A stretch of DNA of 64,000 nucleotides, taken from Clostridia bacterium (GTDB taxonomy: Bacteria > Bacillota > Clostridia > Oscillospirales > QAMX01). The notes under the pieces are model-generated. The model was not told where the DNA came from. It worked only from the letters and a program-made list of their open reading frames with translations, and did not search any database. The translations under genes were made by a program, and so were the position numbers. Positions 1-7,182 of the stretch are shown here, in pieces (within the stretch, counting starts at the first letter, position 1; each line of letters starts with the position of its first letter). Location: contig JAFRWU010000014.1 of assembly GCA_017441705.1 (NCBI GenBank), positions 422 through 64,421 on the forward strand, read 5' to 3'.

Positions 1-1131
1 AAGACCGGGCTTCCCGCGCCGGTTTTCGACAAAACGAAAACGGCGGTCATCCTGTACAGCGGCGGTACCAGCGGTTTGCCCAAGGGGATCTGCCTTTCGG
101 ACTATAATTTCAACGCCTGCGCCATCGAGGCGCGGGAGGCCATCGGCGTAGAGTTCCGGACAGGCCTCAAGATGCTGAGCTGCATGCCGCTCTTCCACGG
201 CTTCGGTCTCGGCATCAATCTGCACACCGTCCTGATCCACGGCGCGTGCTGCGTCCTGATGCCCACCTTCAACGGCAAGAGCTACGCCCGGATGCTGAAA
301 AAGAAGAAGCCGAATTTCATTGCCGGCGTGCCGACCATCTTTGAAGCGCTGCTGCACGTCCGGGGGCTTGAAAAGCTGGATATGAGCTTCCTGCTCGGCA
401 TGTTCTGCGGAGGCGATTCGCTGTCGGTGGAGCTGAAAAAGAAGATCGACGCGTTCCTTGCGGCGCACAACGCCTCGATCCAGGTGCGCGAGGGTTACGG
501 CCTGACCGAATGCGTGACCGCGAGCTGCCTGACCCCGCGGGATGAATACCGGGAAGGAAGCATCGGCATCCCCTTCCCCGACACGGTCTACGGCATCGTC
601 AAGCCGGACACCGACGACTTCCTGCCGGCGGGCGAGGAGGGCGAGATCGTCCTGAAGGGGCCGACCGTGATGCTCGGGTATCTGAAGGATCCGGAGGAAA
701 CCGGAAAGACGCTCCGGGTCCTCTCCGACGGAGAGACCTGGCTCTACACCGGCGATCTGGGAATCATGGACGAGGACGGCTACGTCTATTTCCGCCAGCG
801 CCTGAAGAGGATGATCATCACCAACGGCTACAACGTCTATCCGTCCAGGATCGAAAACGTCATCGACGGCCTCCCCGAGGTGGCGTACTGTTCGGTCATC
901 GGCGTCCCGGATCCCCGGCGGATGCAGAGGGTCAAGGCCTTCATCGTTCCCGCCGACGGCGTGACGCCGGACGAGGCGCTGAAGGAGCGCATCCTGGAAA
1001 AGCTCAGCCTCCATATCGCGAAATACGCTCTGCCGCGGGAGATCGAATTCCGGAAGGAGCTCCCGAAAACGCTGGTGGGCAAGGTCGCCTACCGCGTTCT
1101 GGAAAAGGAGGAGGCGGAGAAGAACAGATGA
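1..1131 (+). CDS. AMP-dependent synthetase/ligase (ANL / acyl-CoA synthetase family), 5' end cut by window edge
   Basis: Frame 1 is open from nt 1. The translation contains AVILYSGGTSGLPKG (AMP-binding motif, nt 43-87), then EGYGLTE, YTGDLG and C-terminal LPKTLVGKV. The stop overlaps the next start (ATGA at 1128). Confidence 0.9.
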   Translation, partial: KTGLPAPVFDKTKTAVILYSGGTSGLPKGICLSDYNFNACAIEAREAIGVEFRTGLKMLSCMPLFHGFGLGINLHTVLIHGACCVLMPTFNGKSYARMLKKKKPNFIAGVPTIFEALLHVRGLEKLDMSFLLGMFCGGDSLSVELKKKIDAFLAAHNASIQVREGYGLTECVTASCLTPRDEYREGSIGIPFPDTVYGIVKPDTDDFLPAGEEGEIVLKGPTVMLGYLKDPEETGKTLRVLSDGETWLYTGDLGIMDEDGYVYFRQRLKRMIITNGYNVYPSRIENVIDGLPEVAYCSVIGVPDPRRMQRVKAFIVPADGVTPDEALKERILEKLSLHIAKYALPREIEFRKELPKTLVGKVAYRVLEKEEAEKNR

Positions 1132-1916
1132 GGATCACCTGGTACGGCACGGCGGCCCTTCTGCTGGAGACCGGGGACGCGGTGCTGGCCTTCGATCCCT
1201 TCGAAGGGATCCCGCCGGAGGCGGCGCATCCCGAAAAAGGCCCCTTTCCTCATCGAAAAGAGCTTCAAAGGGCCGACCGTGTGTTCGTGACCCACGGCCA
1301 TTTCGATCACGTCCTGCAGATCCCCGCTCTTTACCGGGGGACCGGGAGCGTGATCTTCGCGACGAAGACGCCGGTCCGCACCCTCGGGAAGCGCGGCGTT
1401 CCGGCGGAACGCCTGAGGACGATCAGGCCGGGAAGCGTCGTCACGCTGGGGGGAACGACGGTCCGCGCGTTTCAGGGAAGACACTGCCGGTTCGACGCGG
1501 CGCTTTTATTCCGGACGCTTTTCGGGAAACAGGCCCGGGAAAATCCGGGGCAGCTTTTCCGGCTTCTCCGCCGGCACTTTGCCTGCCCGGAGAAGGGGGA
1601 GATCCTCTGCTATGAGGTTGCGCACGGAGGGAAAAGGATCATGATCCTGGGAAGTCTCGGACTCGATCCGAAGACCGCCTATCCCCGGGGAGCCGATCTC
1701 CTGATCCTGCCCTTCCAGGGAAAGAGCGATCTTCCGGCCGCGGCCCTTCCGATCCTGGAAAGGCTCAGGCCGAAAAGCGTGCTCCTGGACCACTATGACG
1801 ACAGCTTCCCGCCGATGTCGGCGGAAATCGATACGAAAGAGTTTTGCAGGATGGTGACAAAGCGCGGCTTTCCCTGCCGCGCTTTTCGGAAAGAAGAGAC
1901 ATTCCGGATCGGATAA
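1128..1916 (+). CDS. MBL-fold metallo-hydrolase
   Basis: 262-aa ORF with an HGHFDH metal-binding motif near the N-terminus. It is translationally coupled to the upstream ligase. Confidence 0.8.
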   Translation: MRITWYGTAALLLETGDAVLAFDPFEGIPPEAAHPEKGPFPHRKELQRADRVFVTHGHFDHVLQIPALYRGTGSVIFATKTPVRTLGKRGVPAERLRTIRPGSVVTLGGTTVRAFQGRHCRFDAALLFRTLFGKQARENPGQLFRLLRRHFACPEKGEILCYEVAHGGKRIMILGSLGLDPKTAYPRGADLLILPFQGKSDLPAAALPILERLRPKSVLLDHYDDSFPPMSAEIDTKEFCRMVTKRGFPCRAFRKEETFRIG

Positions 1917-1928
1917 AGGAGAGAGACT

Positions 1929-2822
1929 ATGGCAACTCAGGAAAAGAAAGCGAAGAGAAGATGGGGCGACCGGCGGGACGGAAGACGGGTCAAGGCGCCG
2001 GGACTGCAGACCATCATGGGCTATCTCTGGCCCAAAAGGACCGACTGCGAGGTCTATCTCAGCGACAAGATCGACGCGACCGAGCTGATGACTTATCTGG
2101 AAAAGCGCAACGCGGAGCATCCGGACTACAAGACGACGCTTTTCCACGCCGCAGTCACGGGCATGGCGCGCATGGTGAAGGAGCGCCCCCTGATGAACCG
2201 GTTCATTCAGGGCTACCGCCTTTACGAGAGAAACGAGATCACCATCAGCTTCGTGGTCAAACGCCGTTTCGCCGACGGGGCGGAGGAATCCCTGATGGTC
2301 CTGAAGCCGAAGGACGAGGACACGCTGGATTCCATCAGCAGCCGGATCGTCGGCAACGTCCGGGAGACCCGGAAAAGCGAGCATTCCACCGGCGGGATCG
2401 ACGAGGTCCTGGATAAATTCGCGAAGCTTCCGCGCTTCGTTCTGATCCCGGTGATCCGGATCATCCGCTGGATGGATTTCTGGGGGGTCAATCCGAAGGC
2501 GGTGACCGAGGGCGATCCCAACTATACCACCATCCTCACCAGCAACCTCGGCAGCATCCAGTGCCCTTCGGTCTACCATCACCTGAACAATTACGGGACC
2601 AACAGCGTCATGATCACCATCGGCACCCTTCACAAGGAGGAGGTCCTGATGCCCGACGGCACGAAGGAGATCCGGGACGTCGTGGACATCGGCGCGACGC
2701 TGGACGAGCGGATCGCCGACGGCTTCTATTTTGCCCGCAGTCTGAAGCTGATCAAGCATATCTTCGCCCATCCGGAGCTTCTGGAAAAGCCGCTGGGCGA
2801 GGACAGCGGATTCGAGTATTGA
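1929..2822 (+). CDS. Stand-alone 2-oxoacid dehydrogenase E2 / CAT-fold acyltransferase-like protein (no lipoyl domain)
   Basis: 297 aa with RBS aaaggag upstream. The C-terminal signature TLDERIADGFYFARSL aligns to DHRxxDG (E2) and HHxxCDGFH (CAT). Length matches a catalytic domain only. Confidence 0.65.
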   Translation: MATQEKKAKRRWGDRRDGRRVKAPGLQTIMGYLWPKRTDCEVYLSDKIDATELMTYLEKRNAEHPDYKTTLFHAAVTGMARMVKERPLMNRFIQGYRLYERNEITISFVVKRRFADGAEESLMVLKPKDEDTLDSISSRIVGNVRETRKSEHSTGGIDEVLDKFAKLPRFVLIPVIRIIRWMDFWGVNPKAVTEGDPNYTTILTSNLGSIQCPSVYHHLNNYGTNSVMITIGTLHKEEVLMPDGTKEIRDVVDIGATLDERIADGFYFARSLKLIKHIFAHPELLEKPLGEDSGFEY

Positions 2823-2850
2823 CAGAAAGAAGAGGAACGGAGGCGCAATC

Positions 2851-3927
2851 ATGAGAATACGTACCGATTTTCCCGGCGGCAACATCGTCCTGCAGGGGAT
2901 CGAAGGAGACACCGTTTTCGTGGAGCGGGATCTGAGAGACACGGAGGACGACTGGTTTTACTGGGCGTTTGCAGTGGAAGACGCCGCGGCGCTCGCCGGA
3001 AGGACCGTGACCTTTCTGTTTCCCTCGCCGCACCGGGTCGGCCGGTTCGGCGCCGCGGTGAGTCACGATCTTCAGAACTGGGAATGGACCGAAAGCGGGA
3101 CCGACGATCGGTTTACCTATACCTTTTCCGCGGAGGAAGAGACAGTGTATTTCGCGCACCACATGCTCTATCCCGCGCCGCGGTTCGACGCGCTCTGCGA
3201 GAGGTGCGGGCTCCGTAAGGAAGTTTTCGCCCGATCGGCTAAGGGCAGGCCTCTCCCCGCGGCGCGCTTCGGAAAGGGAGCGAAATGGATCCTGATGACC
3301 GCGAGACACCACGCCTGCGAATCCACGGGGAGCTACGTTCTGGAAGCGGCGGCCGAAGAACTCTGCCGGAACATGCCCGAAGGGTATTCGCTGCTGGTCG
3401 TTCCCTTCGTGGATTACGACGGCGTGCTGGACGGGGATCAGGGCAAGAACCGGAGACCGCACGATCACAACCGCGACTATATCGCCTCCCCGATCTACGA
3501 CGTCGTGCGGAAGCTGATCGATTTCGGAAACAGCCACGATCTCCGGTATACGTTCGATTTCCATTCCCCCTGGCACATGGGGGAGGAGAACGATCACGTC
3601 TTCTTCAGCCGAAGCACCGAGTCGATGGAGCCGTTCACCGACCGGTTCGGAGAGTTCATGAAGCGCGAGACCGAAAAGAATGAGCTGAAGTATACCGGAG
3701 AATGGGACGTGGGCCCGAATGAAAAGTGGAACAACGAGAAAAGCCCGAATTCGAAGAATTATTTCAGCAAAAAAGATTCCGTCCGCCTGTCGGTTACGAT
3801 GGAAACGCCCTATTACGGCGTAGAGAACGGAACGGGCAAGATTTCGGAGGAAGCCCTGGCTGAATTGGGGAAGGCGTTCGGGAAGAGCGCCGCGCTTTAT
3901 ATCGCATCGGAGGAAAAGGGCGTCTGA
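2851..3927 (+). CDS. M14-like (cytosolic-carboxypeptidase-like) metallopeptidase-fold protein
   Basis: 358 aa. HHACE (HxxE), DHNRDY and DFHSPWH are spaced like zinc-carboxypeptidase ligand motifs. There is an N-terminal beta-rich extension and no signal peptide. Confidence 0.5.
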   Translation: MRIRTDFPGGNIVLQGIEGDTVFVERDLRDTEDDWFYWAFAVEDAAALAGRTVTFLFPSPHRVGRFGAAVSHDLQNWEWTESGTDDRFTYTFSAEEETVYFAHHMLYPAPRFDALCERCGLRKEVFARSAKGRPLPAARFGKGAKWILMTARHHACESTGSYVLEAAAEELCRNMPEGYSLLVVPFVDYDGVLDGDQGKNRRPHDHNRDYIASPIYDVVRKLIDFGNSHDLRYTFDFHSPWHMGEENDHVFFSRSTESMEPFTDRFGEFMKRETEKNELKYTGEWDVGPNEKWNNEKSPNSKNYFSKKDSVRLSVTMETPYYGVENGTGKISEEALAELGKAFGKSAALYIASEEKGV

Positions 3928-3955
3928 AGAAGGGATTTCCGGCTTTGAATATGAG

Positions 3956-3994
3956 TTTCTTTCACTGAACGTGTCGAGCGTTCAGTGAAAGAAA
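3956..3994 (+). terminator. Perfect 16-bp hairpin closing the 4-gene operon
   Basis: TTTCTTTCACTGAACG (3956-3971) pairs with CGTTCAGTGAAAGAAA (3979-3994) around a 7-nt loop. The track ORF start GTG 3985 lies inside this stem, so it is unlikely to be the real start. Confidence 0.75.
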
Positions 3995-4038
3995 CATCTG
4001 TATTTGTGTCTTTGTCAAGCGGCGCAGGCAAGAGGAGG

Positions 4039-4812
4039 ATGGTGAGGATCATGGATCACAGAAAAGCGACAGACCGGTATTATGCCCGTTGGCTCGGCGC
4101 GGAGGAAAGCGTATTTCAATCGATTGAGCCGGTACAGTTTTTTTATTCGGAAGAAAGAAACCGTATCCAGCGCGGGCACGGCGCGCCTTTTGCGCTTTAT
4201 TGCCTGGTGAAAGAAGGCAAATGCTATCTATCCTTCGGGGACGAAATGCGGGAGTTTTTGCCCTCTTTCCGGGATCTTCTGCATGCCGGAATGGACGCCG
4301 ATACCGTTCGGACAGTTTTGGAGAGATCCACCGGCAGAAAAGTGTCGCGTATGATCAAATACGTTTTCGTGAAAGAAAAAGCAAACCCGGAAGGAGCGCG
4401 GTGTTTGTTTCCCTCTGAGTATCCCGTATATGCAGCGTTCTTTGAGGCCTGCTGGCCGGGAGAAAAAGCGGATCTCTGGCTGAGGGAGTATTTTGAGGAT
4501 ATGGCGAGGGAGAAAACCTGCTGCGGCGTATTCTCAGACGGCAGGCTCGTCTGCGCAACCGATTCGCCGGCAGTACCGTATCTGGAAGACGAGATCCGGG
4601 AGATCGGCATCAACACGCTTCCCGGTTTTCGCCGCCGGGGATACGGGACCCGGGCTGCAGCCTGTGCCGTCCGGGAGATCCTCGCCGGGGGGAAAACTCC
4701 CATCTGGTCGACGGGTGAAGGCAACGAGGCTTCGCAGAAGCTTGCCGGGAAGGTGGGGTTTGCGAAATATGCCGACTGCCTCGTGATCGAGGGCGGCTCC
4801 CCGCAGGCATGA
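4039..4812 (+). CDS. GNAT family N-acetyltransferase
   Basis: The C-terminal half carries the GNAT motif A (GFRRRGYGTRAAACAVREIL). The start is ambiguous between ATG 4039 and ATG 4051, both downstream of gaggagg (4033-4038). The track start 3985 is rejected. Confidence 0.8.
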   Translation: MVRIMDHRKATDRYYARWLGAEESVFQSIEPVQFFYSEERNRIQRGHGAPFALYCLVKEGKCYLSFGDEMREFLPSFRDLLHAGMDADTVRTVLERSTGRKVSRMIKYVFVKEKANPEGARCLFPSEYPVYAAFFEACWPGEKADLWLREYFEDMAREKTCCGVFSDGRLVCATDSPAVPYLEDEIREIGINTLPGFRRRGYGTRAAACAVREILAGGKTPIWSTGEGNEASQKLAGKVGFAKYADCLVIEGGSPQA

Positions 4813-4847
4813 CGCCGCCTGCCGGACCGAAGGGAAAAAAGAAAGAC

Positions 4848-4880
4848 GCGCGCGGATGCTTCCGCGCGCGCTTTTGCATT
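4848..4880. terminator. Bidirectional hairpin between convergent genes
   Basis: GCGCGCGGA (4848-4856) pairs with TCCGCGCGC (4861-4869). An A-run precedes it and a T-rich tract follows it. Confidence 0.7.
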
Positions 4881-4896
4881 TTCGGTTTCCGGCGGC

Positions 4897-6711
4897 TTAC
4901 GACTCCCAGAAGGCTTTCCCCGCGGCCGCCACGCTGGGATAGGATTCGCGGATGGCGTCGATCAGAGCCTGCATTTTGGCCTGAATGTGGGGGGAGGGAT
5001 CCTCGTACCGTTCCTCCGACGGAAGCTCCCGGTTCTGCCAGAGACGCATGAAGGTGTCGGCCCGGTCCTCCATCGCATTGGTGGCGGCGTACCAGGTGAC
5101 GAACCAATCGGACCGGTAATCGTCTTCGCCGTACTGATAATCCTCCGGATTGAGGGCGTCCCACTCCTCCCAGAAGTTCGGCCCCACTCTGTCGCGGAGG
5201 TCGTGGATGCGCACCTCGATCAGATGCATGAACTCGTGGGGCAGATGAGAATCGGAAAACTCGTCGGTGGCGAAACAGATCAGGAATTCCTCCATGCTGA
5301 AGCCGGAGGCAAAGGCCGCCGCCGATCCCGGGATCTCCTTCACCACGTAAATATCAAAGCTGTCGTGCATTTTGCCGCCGTAAGGATAATCGGTATACAT
5401 CTCGTGGGTGAAGCCCGCGGGAAGCCTTGCGAGAAATCTCTTCAGGGAAAGGAGGATCCGGTATTGCTCCAGCTTCGCGGCGCCGGTGACGCAGACCGAG
5501 GGCACCGGATCCTTTTCGGGATCGCTGTCGTCCCAGGGGGTATAGTCGGAGGGCGGCGCTTCGTCCAGATGCAGGGTGATCTCATACTCCTTCAGGATCT
5601 CGTCCCGCAGAGCGAGATTCTTCCGGTGCAGGGAGAAGTTCGTCGCCCGTTCGGCTTCCAGAGGTTCGGCTTCCTTTTCGTCAAAGCGCCAGAGATAGAG
5701 AAACTCCACGCTTTCGGACCGGTCCCCGGTCTCTTCGTCCTCTCCGGAGGAAAGAGAGGCGTCCTCTTCCGCACGGAGAGAGCCGGCGTCGGCGAAAGCC
5801 TGCACGGCGATCAGGGCGAAGTCTTCCCCGAGAAGAAGATCGCGGTCGCTCCAGGAGAAGTCCCCCTCTTCGAAAACCGGAGGAAGGGTAACGGAGGCGC
5901 GGACGACGTTGTTTTCAAAATCGAAGACGCGGTAGGAAAGCGGGGAACCGTCGCGCGCGTAACGCGTGCAGACCACGTCCCGTCCTTTCCCGGTCGAAAT
6001 ACCGGAATAATCGTTTTCAAAAAGCAGGACGGAATCCGGATCGTCCGAGAAGGAGAAGGCGCTGATTTCCTTTCCGTCCTCGTCGGGGAAGGAAACGTAT
6101 CCGAACCCCTCGCCGACGTAACAGGAACGGGGAAGAAGGGGAAATTCCCCGGAAGAAGAGACGTTTTCGACCGGAGGACCGTAGGGGATCATATCCAGAA
6201 GACGGCCGGAACGGTCGTAAAGCGCAGCCCAGGATTCATAGGGATTAAAGAGGATCAGCGTGCCGTTCTCGCCGATCGCGAGCTTGTAAAGATAAAGACC
6301 GGGATATTCGCTGTAAGGATCGGGCTCCGGTTCGGGCTCTCCCCGGCGATCCGGGTCATACCAGGGCTCCATCACGATCCGGTCCGAAACTCTGCCGGTT
6401 TCCAGATCGATGAAGCGAAGCTCGTTTTCTTCCGCGCTTGTCGATTCCCGGTAATGCGTGGAACAGACCGCCGCCTCCCCGCCGCGCACGGCAAAGGAAG
6501 AGAAGTGATCCCCGTCCCGGTTGTTGTCGAAACGGAGAAGCTCATACAGACCGGGAGACAGGGGAGAAGCGTCCTCCGGAGAGACGGGCCCGCTTTCGGC
6601 GGTTTCGCTTGCGGAGGTCTCCGGCGCGCTTTCCGTGCCGGAGAAGGAAAAGCGGCAGGAGGCGAGGATCAGTATGAGAAGCGCCAGGAAAAAGGAAACG
6701 GCACGTTTCAT
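4897..6711 (-). CDS. Secreted lipoprotein with C-terminal HExxH zinc-metallopeptidase motif
   Basis: 604 aa. The N-terminus MKRAVSFFLALLILILASC is a signal peptide plus lipobox. The C-terminal region has LPHEFMHLIE (HExxH). An acidic PEPEPEPDP linker is present. Confidence 0.75.
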   Translation of the reverse strand: MKRAVSFFLALLILILASCRFSFSGTESAPETSASETAESGPVSPEDASPLSPGLYELLRFDNNRDGDHFSSFAVRGGEAAVCSTHYRESTSAEENELRFIDLETGRVSDRIVMEPWYDPDRRGEPEPEPDPYSEYPGLYLYKLAIGENGTLILFNPYESWAALYDRSGRLLDMIPYGPPVENVSSSGEFPLLPRSCYVGEGFGYVSFPDEDGKEISAFSFSDDPDSVLLFENDYSGISTGKGRDVVCTRYARDGSPLSYRVFDFENNVVRASVTLPPVFEEGDFSWSDRDLLLGEDFALIAVQAFADAGSLRAEEDASLSSGEDEETGDRSESVEFLYLWRFDEKEAEPLEAERATNFSLHRKNLALRDEILKEYEITLHLDEAPPSDYTPWDDSDPEKDPVPSVCVTGAAKLEQYRILLSLKRFLARLPAGFTHEMYTDYPYGGKMHDSFDIYVVKEIPGSAAAFASGFSMEEFLICFATDEFSDSHLPHEFMHLIEVRIHDLRDRVGPNFWEEWDALNPEDYQYGEDDYRSDWFVTWYAATNAMEDRADTFMRLWQNRELPSEERYEDPSPHIQAKMQALIDAIRESYPSVAAAGKAFWES

Positions 6712-6763
6712 AGAAACCTCCCGAAAGGGTATTTCTATTCAGACGGATGAAAATCAAAAAAGT

Positions 6764-6792
6764 TCCGCCGCAGATCGCTTTCCTGCGGCGGA
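6764..6792. terminator. Hairpin terminator downstream of the small ORF (minus-strand sense)
   Basis: TCCGCCGCAG (6764-6773) pairs with CTGCGGCGGA (6783-6792). T-runs follow on both strands. Confidence 0.7.
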
Positions 6793-6798
6793 TTTTTC

Positions 6799-6978
6799 TC
6801 ACATCTGATGCTCCTCCGGCGCGTCGTCGAGGACCCGGACTCCCATCTTTTTCCGGGAGGGCGGTTCCGCCTGCGAGATCCCCGCGGCGTCGAAAAGCGG
6901 CGCGACCCTGTTTTCGGGATCCACGCGCATTTCCGGCCCGGGAGAAGACGACGGCGCTTTCTTTTTCTTCCTGGACAT
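6799..6978 (-). CDS. Small 59-aa hypothetical protein (only the 3' end of a 325-aa track ORF)
   Basis: ATG at 6978 is preceded by GGAGGTGA with 5-nt spacing. The ORF MSRKKKKAPSSSPGPEMRVDPENRV...EEHQM ends 6 nt before a hairpin plus T-run. No homolog recognised. Confidence 0.45.
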   Translation of the reverse strand: MSRKKKKAPSSSPGPEMRVDPENRVAPLFDAAGISQAEPPSRKKMGVRVLDDAPEEHQM

Positions 6979-7035
6979 ATCGGTCACCTCCGGATCCAGT
7001 ATGCGCGTCCGGAAGGGGAAATATACCGGCGCCGA

Positions 7036-7065
7036 TTGACAGACGCGGACCCGCCGTGATATGAT
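7036..7065 (+). promoter_or_regulatory. Sigma-A-type promoter candidate for the dockerin-protein gene
   Basis: TTGACA (7036-7041), an 18-nt spacer, then TGaTATGAT (-10 hexamer 7060-7065). It lies about 115 nt upstream of ATG 7183. The leader contains a 10-bp hairpin (7106-7115 / 7133-7142). Confidence 0.5.
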
Positions 7066-7182
7066 GTTTTTATCCCGGTGAGAGTTTTTCCCGGAAGAAC
7101 GCAGCCTTTTCCCGCTTCCGGTTGTATTCCTTGCGGGAAAAGGATAGAACCGCAGTCTGTATCGGGTATGAGAGGGGTGTTT

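Noticed and set aside
3985-4038. Track start codon (GTG 3985) of the GNAT ORF
   Set aside because: It lies within the 3' arm of the upstream terminator hairpin and has no RBS. ATG 4039 or 4051 after gaggagg is preferred.
4987-6750. 587-aa plus-strand ORF opposite the HExxH lipoprotein
   Set aside because: It is an antisense shadow. There is no RBS or start context and no motif. The minus-strand gene has a signal peptide and lipobox.
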